From the NCBI GenBank assembly GCA_963733295.1, contig CAVTCS010000003.1, positions 416,001 to 480,000 on the forward strand: 64,000 nt of DNA. Direction: 5' to 3'. Positions 30,296-42,300 of the stretch are shown here, one piece after another. Each line of letters begins with the position of its first letter. Positions within the stretch are counted from its first letter, which is position 1. The translations under genes were made by a program, and so were the position numbers. The notes below the pieces were generated by a model, which was not told the origin of the DNA, did not search any database, and saw only the letters and a program-made list of their open reading frames with translations. This DNA is from Vulcanimicrobiota bacterium. GTDB taxonomy: Bacteria > Vulcanimicrobiota > Vulcanimicrobiia > Vulcanimicrobiales > Vulcanimicrobiaceae.

Positions 30296-31870
30296 ATGCG
30301 CGCGTTTCGACGCGTCTTTCCAGCCGCAGTTCTCGCAGGTGCCGCATCGGCACTCGTCCTGGCACTCACCGCACCCGTTGCGGCGCAATCCATTCCGGGA
30401 CCGCTCAAGGTAACGGACAGCGGTCCCAGCGGCGCCCCCGGTTACGCGATCAAAGGAATCACCGGCTTTGCGAACGACACCGGAGTTTTCGGTTACGGCA
30501 CCGTCGCCTCGAGCGCGATCAACATCGACGGCGTCGTGGGCTACGTTCAGACTCCACAATCGGTCGGTGTCGTCGGCTGGGCACAATCGACCGGAACCTC
30601 CGCCTACGGGCTGTACGGATACTCGGCCACCGGGCCCGGCGTCTACGGATTTAATAACGATGGAGGCGCGCCCTCGATCTACGGCTATTCGACCACCGCG
30701 AACGCAGTTGTCGGTTTAACGACCACGACGTCCGCCGCGGGAGGTTTCGCCGGCGTCACCGGCGCCGACAACTCGGCCATTCAGACGGGCGTGATCAACT
30801 ACGGCGTCGCGGGCGAGAGCATGAACGGCCATGGCGTGTACGCCCAGACGCAAGCGGCTATGAACGGAGCGGCCGCTGTCGAGGCCTTTGCGCCGAACGG
30901 CGCGTACGCGGTCGATGCGCATCAGCAGAACGGCGGCAACAGTGCCATTCACGGGCAGACCGACGGTGGCATCGCGGCCGGATTCTTCGAAGCGGAAGGC
31001 GTCGGTCCGGCGCGTGCCGGCTTGATCGCCGTTAACTACACCGACGGCGGGCAGGGCGCTATCGGACTGGACACCGGTGAGGGCGGAACGTTCAACGGTC
31101 AGTCCGGCGACGCCGCGCACCCCGTCCTCAGCGCGGTCGAAGCGGCCACCGGTACGTATCCCTTCGTCACGATTAACGAAGCGACGCTTGGGCCGGGCCC
31201 GAACAACGAAACCTTCATCATCAAGGACACCGTGAACGCGAGCACCCATGCCTTTTCGACCGGCAGCGACGTGCAGGTGAGCGGCGATCTGTACGTCAGC
31301 GGAATCGTCTACACGAAGTGCAACACGTTCCCGGCAACAGCGACGTCGCAGTGCACCGTCCCGGCCGGCGCGGAGCAGCGGACCTCGAGCGGAAATCGTC
31401 TTGCAACCTATCAGGCCAATCAGAGCCTGCCGACGATGGAGGACTTCGGCGAAGCGCAGATGGTCAACGGTCAAGCAGCGGTACCGTTGGAAGCGAAGTT
31501 CGCCTCGACGATCGACCGCGCGCGGTCCTATCTCGTTTTCATCACACCCGAAGGCGACTGCCACGGGATCTACGTGGCGAGCAAGTCAGCCAGCGGGTTC
31601 GTCGTCCGCGAGCTGATGAGCGGACACAGCACCCTCAGCTTTCAATACCGCATCGTAGCGCATCCCTACGGCGATGCATCGACGCGCCTCGCCTCGTTGT
31701 CGCAAGACAAGCGTCCCTCCGCGCACACCGGTCAATTACACTTCATAAACCCGCGCGTCTTGTCGCAACTCGAGGCGAAGGTCAACGCGCGCATGAGGCT
31801 TCATCGCGGCAACACGATCCGCCCGCTGCCGCAACGCCTGCCGCCGCCTGTCGTGCACGTCGCGAGGTGA
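30296..31870 (+). CDS. Secreted Gly-rich beta-repeat protein with a phage-tail-like C-terminal domain
   Basis: Signal peptide; repeated GV(F/V/Y)G units; C-terminal EDFGEAQMVNG..YLVFITPEGD..IYV..K...GFVVRE..FQYRIVA. Confidence 0.7.
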   Translation: MRAFRRVFPAAVLAGAASALVLALTAPVAAQSIPGPLKVTDSGPSGAPGYAIKGITGFANDTGVFGYGTVASSAINIDGVVGYVQTPQSVGVVGWAQSTGTSAYGLYGYSATGPGVYGFNNDGGAPSIYGYSTTANAVVGLTTTTSAAGGFAGVTGADNSAIQTGVINYGVAGESMNGHGVYAQTQAAMNGAAAVEAFAPNGAYAVDAHQQNGGNSAIHGQTDGGIAAGFFEAEGVGPARAGLIAVNYTDGGQGAIGLDTGEGGTFNGQSGDAAHPVLSAVEAATGTYPFVTINEATLGPGPNNETFIIKDTVNASTHAFSTGSDVQVSGDLYVSGIVYTKCNTFPATATSQCTVPAGAEQRTSSGNRLATYQANQSLPTMEDFGEAQMVNGQAAVPLEAKFASTIDRARSYLVFITPEGDCHGIYVASKSASGFVVRELMSGHSTLSFQYRIVAHPYGDASTRLASLSQDKRPSAHTGQLHFINPRVLSQLEAKVNARMRLHRGNTIRPLPQRLPPPVVHVAR

Positions 31871-31876
31871 GACGAA

Positions 31877-32434
31877 CTATCGGACGGGCCACTCACCTAC
31901 CGTCATCGCGTAGAGGGCGATGTCGCGGAAGCGGCCATGCAAGAGGTACGCTTCCCGGAGGATGCCTTCTTGAACGTAGCCGAGGCGCTCGGCGACCGCG
32001 CGGCTCTTGTGGTTTTCGACGACGCAGCGGATCTCGAGCCGATGCAGCGCCAGCGCCCCGAACGCGTGGTCCGTAAGTTTGCTGACCGCGCGCGACATGA
32101 TGCCTCGGCCTTGAAAGGGCGGTCCGAGCCAATACCCGACGTGCGCGCTGCGGCCCGCGAAATCGAGGTTGTGCAGACCGAGGCCGCCGGCCATCGCGCC
32201 TTGCCAGCGAATCGAATAGTCGAACGACAGGTGGCGGTCGAATTGGGATTCGGCGAACTGCGCGTAGCGCCGGATATCGCCGACGGCGTAGGTCGACTCG
32301 ATCCAGGTCAGCCATTCGTTGAGCGCGCTGCGATGGGCGCTGACGAGTTCGAAGGTTTCCGCCGCGTCATTCGGGTGACGCGGCACGAGCACGACGTCGG
32401 CATCGACCGCGAGCGCGTTGGCGCCGTATTTCAT
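31877..32434 (-). CDS. GNAT N-acetyltransferase, RimL/YdaF family
   Basis: LNEWLTW, VGYWLG..FQGRGIM, N.KSRAVAERLGY..EGILR; ATGA overlap with the ligase stop. Confidence 0.88.
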   Translation of the reverse strand: MKYGANALAVDADVVLVPRHPNDAAETFELVSAHRSALNEWLTWIESTYAVGDIRRYAQFAESQFDRHLSFDYSIRWQGAMAGGLGLHNLDFAGRSAHVGYWLGPPFQGRGIMSRAVSKLTDHAFGALALHRLEIRCVVENHKSRAVAERLGYVQEGILREAYLLHGRFRDIALYAMTVGEWPVR

Positions 32435-34104
32435 CGCGCGACGCCCTCGCGCTCGAGCATCTCGAGATAGATGCGCTCGACGTCGGCAAGCGTATCGCTC
32501 TCGGCTCCGCGCTTGTCGGGCCGAAGTCGGACGATCCGCGGAAAACGCAGGGAAAACCCGCTGGCGTGCAGCGTGCTCGGTTGGATGATGTCGAAAGCTA
32601 TTTCCACGACGATCTCCGGTTCGACGGCAAAGCCGTACGAACCGAGCGTGCCGGTACGATGGGCGAGAAACCACTCGGTCATTGCCGCGATCTCGGCGTC
32701 GGTCAGGCCGGAATAGGCTTTGCCGATCGCCAGCAGCTCGGGATCTTCCGCGGAGCGGCGCACCGCGAACGTATAGTCCGACAAGACGGCCTTGCGCTTT
32801 CCGTGCCCCCATTCGACCCCGATGACGACGGCATCCAGCGTCGACAGCTCGCGTTTGAGTTTGAGCCACCACTTGCCGCGCCGCCCGGGAACGTACGAAG
32901 AATCGCCGCGTTTGAGCATCAGCCCTTCGTTCCCGCGTTTGCGCGCCGCCTCGAAGATTTCGTGCGCGCGCTCCGGGGAAACCCCGGATTCGAACGCTTG
33001 CCAGGGTGCGAGGCGCACGTGCTCGCTCTCAACCAGCGTCGCCGCGAGCGCGCTGCGGCGCTCGAGGAGCGGCGCGTCGAGCAGAAAGCGCGGGCCGGCG
33101 GCCAAGATGTCGAAGGCGACGAACGCGACCGGGATCTCGGCCTGCAGCTCGTCGCTCGGATCGACGCGTTGCAGGCGTGGCTGCAGGTAGCGAAAGGGCA
33201 GCGCGCCTTCCTCACGGCGAGCGACGATCTCGCCGTCGAAAATGGCGTCCGGCCCGCGAGCCAGTGCTGCCGCGACTTCGGGGAATGCTCGTGCGACGTC
33301 GCTGAACGCACGGGAATACAGCGTGGCGGCTCCCGCGCGCACGTGCGCTTGCACGCGAATGCCGTCGTATTTGTCCTCGACGATCCAATCGCCCGCGGCG
33401 AACTCGCGATACGAAGAACCGAACGCGACGGGCGACGCGAGCATGAAACCGATCGGCGCACCGTAGCGCACCTCGATCTCTTCGAGCGTGCCGTCGCGCG
33501 CGGCGAGGGCTACCGCGCCGACGTCGCCGGCGGCCATTGCCGCCCGGCGAACGGCTCCCGGTTCGCGCGCGAAGGCCAGCGCGATCGCGTCGAGCACCAG
33601 GCTTTCCCGCAGACCGATGCGCAGGTCGCCGGTCAGAATCTTGACGACGTAGGCCACTTCGCGGTCCGACCGGCAGGCGCGCAACACGCGCGCGCACAGG
33701 GCTTCGCGCCGCTTTCCCGCCGCTTTTCCCGTTGCCGCCGCCAGTTCATCGAGGAGCTCGGCGAAAACAGCCGGCGTCAACTCGTCGGCGAACAGACCCG
33801 GACGTTGCGGGTCGCGGTAAAGGCGCGCCAAGGCTTCGCCGAGGTCGCCCGTTCCGCGGTAAGCGGCCGAAAGTTCGGGACCCGAGAGACCCCACAGCTC
33901 TTGCGCGGCGGCGACGATCGTACGCCCGCCGATCGCGAGCTTCCGGTCGTCGTAGGCCGGAAGCGGATTGCCGGTGAGAAAACGTGCTGCGGGGGCGAGA
34001 TTCTCCGGTTCGAGCCGGCGCAGATATTCTGCCAGCCGCTCGGTCTTGAGCAGCTTCGACGGCGTCGCCGCGACCGCGTCGCAGACCTCGGCAAAGGCGA
34101 TCAC
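32431..34104 (-). CDS. ATP-dependent DNA ligase (LigB/archaeal-type, DBD+adenylation+OB)
   Basis: Motif I EDKYDGIR, FDGEI, AFDIL, EGLMLK, WLKLK, LRFPRIVRLRPDK. Confidence 0.93.
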   Translation of the reverse strand: MIAFAEVCDAVAATPSKLLKTERLAEYLRRLEPENLAPAARFLTGNPLPAYDDRKLAIGGRTIVAAAQELWGLSGPELSAAYRGTGDLGEALARLYRDPQRPGLFADELTPAVFAELLDELAAATGKAAGKRREALCARVLRACRSDREVAYVVKILTGDLRIGLRESLVLDAIALAFAREPGAVRRAAMAAGDVGAVALAARDGTLEEIEVRYGAPIGFMLASPVAFGSSYREFAAGDWIVEDKYDGIRVQAHVRAGAATLYSRAFSDVARAFPEVAAALARGPDAIFDGEIVARREEGALPFRYLQPRLQRVDPSDELQAEIPVAFVAFDILAAGPRFLLDAPLLERRSALAATLVESEHVRLAPWQAFESGVSPERAHEIFEAARKRGNEGLMLKRGDSSYVPGRRGKWWLKLKRELSTLDAVVIGVEWGHGKRKAVLSDYTFAVRRSAEDPELLAIGKAYSGLTDAEIAAMTEWFLAHRTGTLGSYGFAVEPEIVVEIAFDIIQPSTLHASGFSLRFPRIVRLRPDKRGAESDTLADVERIYLEMLEREGVAR

Positions 34105-34199
34105 CGTTCTCGCGCTCCCTCGTGTAAGCTCACCACCACCCCCGCAGTATTCCGCTCGCCGAGCGGGGCTTTTTCGCGCGCCATTTTGAATAGCCCGGT

Positions 34200-34475
34200 A
34201 TGATTACGGCCTTCGTTCTCATGACGATCCGTCCGGGACTCGTCAAACCGCTCGCCGAGCAACTCCTCGACGTGCCGGGCATCGCCGAAGTATACAGCGT
34301 CGCCGGGCCGTACGACCTGGTCGCGGTCGCACGAGTCAAGCAACAAGAGGAGCTCGCCGATCTCGTCACCGAGCACGTAGCCCACTTCGAAGGCATCGAA
34401 CGGACCGAAACGCTGATTTCGTTCCGCGCGTTCTCGAAGCGCGACCTCGGACTCATGTGGGATCTCGGCGCCTAG
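34200..34475 (+). CDS. Stand-alone Lrp/AsnC ligand-binding (RAM) domain protein
   Basis: 91 aa; EVYSVAGPYDLVA, GIERTETLI; no HTH. Confidence 0.85.
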   Translation: MITAFVLMTIRPGLVKPLAEQLLDVPGIAEVYSVAGPYDLVAVARVKQQEELADLVTEHVAHFEGIERTETLISFRAFSKRDLGLMWDLGA

Positions 34476-34660
34476 CGAAAACCGCTTCGCCGTTTTGGAA
34501 ACAGCGCGAGCAAATGCGCGCCGCGACCGGCTCGTGATGACCGGGCGAAAAATGCCGGGTGGTTGAGGGAACATACGTTCGATTCAGGCGCTCGAAACCT
34601 TTCGCAACGGTCGGGCGCACGCTGCGGTTTTGGGTTTGCAACTAACGACGGGACGGATAG

Positions 34661-35623
<963 letters not shown>

Positions 35624-35666
35624 AAAGTCGCCCGGCGTCGTCTTTTGTGAAAGGGAGAATCCGAGG

Positions 35667-38336
35667 ATGTTTGCTCGCGTCAGAGCCCTGATCGCCGGAG
35701 GGACGGCGGTCGCCATGCTCGTTTGTGCCGTGCCTGCCGCCTCGGCGCCGGATCAGGACGTGCTGCGGGCGACGCTCGACAACGGCTTGCGGGTGATCAT
35801 CGTGCGCAATACGCTGGCGCCGATCGCGACCGAGATCGTCAATTACCTCGTCGGATCGGCCGACACGCCGCCCGGCTTTCCGGGAATGGCGCACGCCGAA
35901 GAGCACATGGTCGCAGGCCGGAGCCTAAGCGACGTTTCGGCCTCCCAAGTTGCCAGCATCGAGACGCTGCTCGGCGGCGACTCGGACGCCGACACGCAGA
36001 ACGCCGTAACCCAATACAACGTCACCACGACCAGCCAGTATCTCGACGTCGCGTTGCGCCTCGAAGCCGCGCGGATGCGTGGAGCGCTCGATCTGCAATC
36101 CGAATGGAGCCAAGAGCGGGGTGCGATCGAACAGGAGGTTTCGCAGGACCTCTCGAGCGCGTTCTACCGTTACTACGAGAAGGCGCTCGCGGCCGAGTTC
36201 GCCGGTACTCCGTACGATCACGATGCGCTTGGGACGCGCGCCTCCTTCGACCGGACGACCGGTCCCATGCTCAAGAAGTTCTTCAATACGTGGTACGCGC
36301 CGAACAACGCGATCCTGGTCATCTCGGGCGACGTCGATCCGCAGGCGACGCTCGCTCAGATCAAGTCGATCTTCGGCAGCATTCCGCGGCGCACGGTTCC
36401 GGCCCACGCAAAACTCAAATTGGCTTCGTTGCCCGCGAACGTGACGATCCGCGATCAGAGCGACTTTCCGGTTCCGCTCGTGCTCCTTTCCTATCGCATG
36501 CCCGGTTACAGCGACCCAGACTACGCCGCAACCGAGATTGCTTTCGACGTGCTGCAGAGTCCGCGCAGCGATTTCTCAGGGCTGGTCTACTCCGGGAAAG
36601 CTCTACAGACCGGCGTCGATTACGAACCCCAACCGCAGGCGGGATTGGGCTACACCTACATCGCGATTCAGCCGGGCGGCGATACGGCGGCGGCGCTGCA
36701 AACGCTCGACGACGTCGTCAAGGCCTATCAGGAGCACGGCGCTCCCGCCGACCTCGTCGAGGCGCAGAAGAAGCGCGAGATCGCGCAAGATCTTTTTTCG
36801 CGAAACTCGATCGAAGGGCTCGCCAACGACTGGTCGCAAGCGGTCGCAATTCAGGGGCTCGACTCACCCGACGACATGATCGCGCTCTTTCGCAAAGTGA
36901 CTCCCAACGACGTAACGCGGGTCTTCCGTCGCTACTTCGTGCGCAAGGAAGCGGTTGCGGGCATTCTCACGCCGACTCCGGGCGCCGTGCCGTCGTCCAA
37001 CGGTTCGATCGGCGTCAAAGACACGTTCTCGTCGGAAGCCTCGAAGCCGGTTCCGTTGCCCGTTTGGGCCTCACAGCTGCAAACGGTTCAGATCCCGAAG
37101 TCAACGTTGTCGCCGGTCGACATGACGCTGCCGAACGGAATCCGGCTGATCGTACAGCCGCTTTCGATCAGCCCGACCGTGACGCTGCGCGGCCAGGTCA
37201 AGAGCGAGGCCGCGCTGCAGACGCCGCCCGGACACGAGGGGACCTCGAGCGTTTTGTCAGGACTCTTCAATTACGGAACGGTGACCTACGACCGGCTCGC
37301 CTTCCAGACGCAGCTCGACGACATCGCCGCCGACGTTTCGGCCGGCACGACGTTCTCGCTTTCGGTCCCGTCCGAAGGATTCGAGCGCGGTCTCGAGCTG
37401 CTCGCCGACAACATGCTTCATCCGGCGCTGCCGGCTCCGGCTTTCAGCATCGTGCGGCAGCAAGTGAGCCAAGAACTCGAAGGTGAGATCAAGTCGCCGG
37501 ACTATCTTGCCGGCCGCGCGCTCGCGACGGCGCTTCTGCCGAAAGGCGATCCGATTTTGCGCCATGCGACGCCGGCGTCGCTGGCCACGCTGACGCTCGA
37601 CGACGTGAAGACCTATTACGGCTCGGTTTTCCGGCCCGACTTGACCACGATCGTCGTGGCCGGCGACGTGACGCCCGACCGGGCGAAGGAACTGGTCGAG
37701 AAGTACTTCGGCACGTGGACGGCCGTCGGTCCGAAACCCGACACGCAGTTGCCCCCGGTCCCGCTCAACGCTGCGGCGACTACGAGCGTTACGGCCCCCG
37801 GGCGTACGCAGACGACCGTCACGCTCAGCGAAACGCTCGGAATCACCCGGCTCGACCCCGATTACTACGCGCTGCAACTCGGGAACACGGTCCTCGGCGG
37901 GTCGTTCTACTCTTCGCGGTTCTATCGCGACCTGCGTTTGACGAACGGGCTCGTCTACTATGTCGGCGGTCAGTTGCAAGCCGGCAAGACGCGTGCCACC
38001 TACGAGGTCGAGTATGGTTGCGATCCGCAGAACGTCTCCAAAGCCCGCACGATCGTCGACCGCGAGCTGCGCACGATGGCGACCGCCGACGTCGGCGACG
38101 AAGAGTTGCGTTCGGCGAAGACGCAGATTCTGCGAGACTTGCCGCTGGCGGAGGGGAGCGTCGATTCGATCGTCGAGGGATTTGCCTCGCGCTCGATCGC
38201 CGATCTTCCGCTCGATACGCCGACCATCCGTGCGAAAGCGACCGTCGGCATCAGCGCCGATCAGGTGCGCGCCGCTTTCGCCAAGTGGATCGATCCGGCG
38301 CGTTTCGTTCAGGTGAACGAAGGTCCGGCGAAGTAG
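35667..38336 (+). CDS. M16 family zinc peptidase (PqqL-like, secreted)
   Basis: Signal peptide; inverted zincin HAEEH, downstream ERGAIEQE, WYAPNNA, LRLTNGLVY; GAGG RBS. Confidence 0.9.
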   Translation: MFARVRALIAGGTAVAMLVCAVPAASAPDQDVLRATLDNGLRVIIVRNTLAPIATEIVNYLVGSADTPPGFPGMAHAEEHMVAGRSLSDVSASQVASIETLLGGDSDADTQNAVTQYNVTTTSQYLDVALRLEAARMRGALDLQSEWSQERGAIEQEVSQDLSSAFYRYYEKALAAEFAGTPYDHDALGTRASFDRTTGPMLKKFFNTWYAPNNAILVISGDVDPQATLAQIKSIFGSIPRRTVPAHAKLKLASLPANVTIRDQSDFPVPLVLLSYRMPGYSDPDYAATEIAFDVLQSPRSDFSGLVYSGKALQTGVDYEPQPQAGLGYTYIAIQPGGDTAAALQTLDDVVKAYQEHGAPADLVEAQKKREIAQDLFSRNSIEGLANDWSQAVAIQGLDSPDDMIALFRKVTPNDVTRVFRRYFVRKEAVAGILTPTPGAVPSSNGSIGVKDTFSSEASKPVPLPVWASQLQTVQIPKSTLSPVDMTLPNGIRLIVQPLSISPTVTLRGQVKSEAALQTPPGHEGTSSVLSGLFNYGTVTYDRLAFQTQLDDIAADVSAGTTFSLSVPSEGFERGLELLADNMLHPALPAPAFSIVRQQVSQELEGEIKSPDYLAGRALATALLPKGDPILRHATPASLATLTLDDVKTYYGSVFRPDLTTIVVAGDVTPDRAKELVEKYFGTWTAVGPKPDTQLPPVPLNAAATTSVTAPGRTQTTVTLSETLGITRLDPDYYALQLGNTVLGGSFYSSRFYRDLRLTNGLVYYVGGQLQAGKTRATYEVEYGCDPQNVSKARTIVDRELRTMATADVGDEELRSAKTQILRDLPLAEGSVDSIVEGFASRSIADLPLDTPTIRAKATVGISADQVRAAFAKWIDPARFVQVNEGPAK

Positions 38337-38340
38337 CGGC

Positions 38341-39369
38341 GTGCCGGCCGGCGTTCCCTTCGTCGAGGTGACGCGCGGACCGCTCGTCGAGTCGGTCCAT
38401 GCGGTGGCCGCGTGCGCCGTCGACGCGCGCGGCGCGATCCGGCTTTCGCTGGGCGACGTCGAGACGCCGATCTATCTGCGTTCGGCCGCGAAACCGTTCA
38501 TCGCCGCGGCGATCGTCGAAGCCGGAACCGCCGAGCGCTTTGCGTTCGAGCCGCACGAGTTGGCGGTGATCGCGGCTTCGCACGACGGCGAGCCGTTTCA
38601 CGTCGCCGCGGTCCGGGGTATCCTCGGCAAGATCGGACTCGACGAGTCGGCCCTCCGTTGCGGCGCGCACCCGCCCGCGTCGGAACGCGAGGCGGCCGCC
38701 CTCGCCGCCGGCGGACAGCAACCCAGTCCCGTCTACAACAACTGCTCCGGCAAACATGCCGGAATCTTGGCACTCTGCGTGCACCTCGGCCTCGACCCGG
38801 CGAGTTATTTGAACGCGGACCATCCGGCGCAGCGCCGGATCTTGGAGTTTTGCGGCCGGATGACCGGCGATGAGCCGAAGGATTTCTTGCTCGGTGTCGA
38901 CGGTTGCGGAATCCCCGTTTTCGCGACCTCGCTGCGCCGCGCGGCTCAGGCCTTCGCGCGCTTGGCGACGCTCGAGGGAATCTCGGCCGCCGACGCGCGC
39001 GCTTTGTTAATCGTGCGCGACGCGATGATCGGTGCGCCGCTCTTCGTTGGGGGCACCGCCCGCTTCGATTCGGCGCTCATCGCGGCGACGCGAGGCGGCG
39101 TGGTCGCCAAAGGCGGGGCCGAGGGGGTGCACGGCGACGCGCTGCCGGCGGAGGGTCTGGGTCTCGCGCTCAAGGTGATCGACGGAAATCGGCGCGCAAC
39201 CCCTCCCGCGGCGCTGGCGCTCCTCGGCGAACTGCGCGGTTTCTCAGCGGCCGAGGCCGCGGCGCTCGAGCCCTTTGCGCGGACCGAGGTGCGCAACGTC
39301 GCCGGCCGCGCCGTCGGCGTCGTACGGGCCTGCATCCCGGAAACATTTTCGAGGGTTGGCCCGTCCTAG
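38341..39369 (+). CDS. L-asparaginase II (Rhizobium-type) family
   Basis: RSAAKP, SHDGE, NCSGKH, DGCG, AKGGAEG. Confidence 0.88.
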   Translation: MPAGVPFVEVTRGPLVESVHAVAACAVDARGAIRLSLGDVETPIYLRSAAKPFIAAAIVEAGTAERFAFEPHELAVIAASHDGEPFHVAAVRGILGKIGLDESALRCGAHPPASEREAAALAAGGQQPSPVYNNCSGKHAGILALCVHLGLDPASYLNADHPAQRRILEFCGRMTGDEPKDFLLGVDGCGIPVFATSLRRAAQAFARLATLEGISAADARALLIVRDAMIGAPLFVGGTARFDSALIAATRGGVVAKGGAEGVHGDALPAEGLGLALKVIDGNRRATPPAALALLGELRGFSAAEAAALEPFARTEVRNVAGRAVGVVRACIPETFSRVGPS

Positions 39370-39399
39370 GAGTGTGCGCGACCATGGGGATGGGATAGC

Positions 39400-42300
39400 T
39401 TGATCGATTTCTTCCTGCGACGGCCGATTTTCGCGGCGGTCTGCTCGATGATTATCTTGCTGGCGGGTTTGGTGACGATCCCGACGCTGCCGATCTCGCA
39501 GTTCCCGCACGTCGCTCCGCCGGTCGTCACCGTTCAAGCAACCTACACCGGCGCCTCGGCGCAGGCCGTCGAGGATTCGGTGACCACGCCGCTCGAGCAG
39601 GCGATCAACGGCGTCCAAGGCTTGCGCTACATGTCCTCGCAGTCGAGCAACGACGGCACGAGCACGATCACCTGCACCTTCGACCTCGAGCGCAACCTCG
39701 ACTTGGCTGCGACCGACGTCCAGAACGCGATTCAGACGGCGCAGGCGCGCTTGCCCAACGCGGTGACGCTGGCCGGTATCACGGTCGGCAAAAATGCCGG
39801 CAACTTCATCATGGCGTTCGGCTTCTCGTCCCACGATCCGAACACGACGGCGCTCTTCCTCTCGAACTACGCCGACCTCTACGTCAAGAACGCGCTCAAG
39901 CGTATCCCCGGCGTGAGCGACGTGATCATCTTCGGCGAGCGCAAGTATGCGATGCGTCTCTGGCTCGATCCCAAGCGCCTCGCCGACAACGGGCTCACCG
40001 CCAACGACGTCGTGGTCGCGCTGGGCGATCAGAACGTGCAGGTCGCCGCCGGTTCGATCGGCGCGCCGCCGACCAACGGCCACCAGCCCTATCAGATGAG
40101 CGTCCGCGCGCTGGGCCGCCTCTCGACCGCCGATCAGTTCGATAACCTCATCATCAAATCGACGCCCGACGGGGGTCACGTCTTCTTGCGCGACGTCGGG
40201 TACGCGCAGTTGGGCGCGGAAGACTACAGTTCCGACCTGCGCTTCGACGGACGCTCGGCGGTTGGCCTCGGCATCGTGGCGTTACCCACCGCCAACGCGC
40301 TCGACGTCACCAAGGGCGTGCGCGCCGAGATGAAGGCGCTGTCGGCGAAGTTCCCGGCCGGCACCTACTACGACATCGCCTTCGACTCGACCGAATTCGT
40401 TAACGAATCGATCAGGGAAGTGATCATCACGCTCCTGATCGCGATCGCGCTGGTGGTCGTCGTGATCTTCCTGTTCCTCCAGGACTGGCGCACGACGCTG
40501 ATCCCGGCGATCACGATCCCGGTGTCGCTGATCGGCACCTTCGCGCTCATGAAGGTGCTCGGCTTCTCGATCAATACGCTGACGCTCTTCGGCTTGACCC
40601 TCGCGACGGGGCTCGTCGTTGACGACGCGATCGTCGTCATCGAGAACATCGCGCGCTTCATTCAAGAGAAGAAGATGTCGCCGCTCGCCGGTGCTTCCGC
40701 GGCGATGGCCGAGATCACGAGCGCGGTGGTCGCGACCTCGCTCGTCCTGCTGGCGGTTTTCGTTCCGGTCGCGTTTTTCCCGGGAACGACGGGCCAGCTC
40801 TACAAGCAGTTTGCGCTCACGATCGCCTGCTCGATCACGATCTCCCTGTTCAATGCGTTAACCTTGACGCCGACGCTCTCGGCGCTGCTCCTCGGCAGGA
40901 CGCAGCGGCCGCGCGGCCGGTTCTTCAACGCGATCAACGCCGGAATCGCCTGGCTGCGCCGCAGCTATCACGCCACCCTCGGCGGCCTCTTCCGTTTCCG
41001 CTGGGCGATCATCGGGACGTTCGTCATCCTGCTCGCCCTTACGGGTTTTCTCTTCACGCACGCACCGACCGGGTTCACCCCGGACGAAGATCAAGGGTTC
41101 TTCATCGTCACGGTCCAGGCGCCCGAAGGCTCGTCGATTGACCAAACCGAGCGCATCACGACGCGGGTCGAAAAGCTGCTGCACCGCAATTCGAACGTGC
41201 TCGACATCTTCGACGTCATCGGCTTCGGGTTCACCGGGAACGGCCCCAACAAAGCGACGATGTTCGTGCGCCTCAAAGACTGGAAGGACCGGCCGGGCTT
41301 CAGCAACTCGGTTACGGCGATCATCTACTCGCTGTACCCCGTCTTCGGGCAGATTCCCGACGCCCAAGTCTTTGCGTTCAACTTCCCACCGGTGCAGGGT
41401 ATCGGGAACGTCGGCGGTTTCCAGTTCGAGTTGGAGGACACCGGCAACATCGGCATCGACAAGCTGTACGCGCTCGCCCAAGCCTACCAGGGTGCTGCAT
41501 TTAGCGATCCACAACACCGGCTGGCCTACGTCTACACGACGTTCCGCACCGACAACCCGCAATTGCTCGTCAACGTCGATCGTGCCAAAGCTGCCTCGTT
41601 GAACGTTCCGCTGGCGAATATCTTCAACACGATGCAGATCTACTTGGGCTCGCTCTACGTCAACGACTTCGACTATCTCAATCAGTCGTATCGCGTCTAC
41701 GTGCAAGCCCAGACGCCCTACCGTTCGACGATCGAGGACTTGCAGAAGATCTACGTCGGATCGAGTACCGGGGCGATCATGCCGCTCACGACGCTGATCC
41801 AATCGACGCAAACGAAGAGCCCGCCGGTCATCACACACTACAACCTCTTCCGGTCGATCGAAATCAGCGGATCGCCGGCGCAAGGCTACGGTTCGGGCGA
41901 CTCGATCAAGGCGATGGAGGCCATCGCGAGCAAACTCGATCCGCGCGGCGTTAGCTACGAGTGGTCCGGCCTCTCGCTCGACGAGACCCAGTCCGGCAGC
42001 GAGGCGGCACTGGTCTTCCTGCTCGGCATCGTCGTCGTCTTTCTCGTGCTCGCGGCGCAGTACGAGAGCTGGACGGACCCATTCATCATCTTGATGTCGG
42101 TACCGCTGGCGATTCTGGGCGCGCTGCTCGCGATCTACGGCCGGATTTTCTTAGCCGCGTTTCTCGGGCCTGGCATCGGGTTCATCACCTCGGACATCTA
42201 CGCCCAGGTCGGCTACGTGATGCTGATCGGGCTGGCCAGCAAGAACGCGATCCTGATCGTTGAGTTCGCCAATCAATTGCGCGAGCAAGGTTTGGACCCG

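Noticed and set aside
29607..34104. Prophage or conjugative element (tail-like protein, VirB10-like protein, DNA ligase)
   Set aside because: No integrase, terminase, capsid, relaxase or att-like repeats; the tail-like protein has a signal peptide.
34152..34174. Hairpin CCGCTC-GCC-GAGCGG followed by a T-run
   Set aside because: It lies in a divergent promoter gap with no upstream + strand gene to terminate, and short GC stems arise by chance here.
34476..34660. Regulatory RNA upstream of cysK
   Set aside because: No T-box or S-box motif and no convincing terminator seen.
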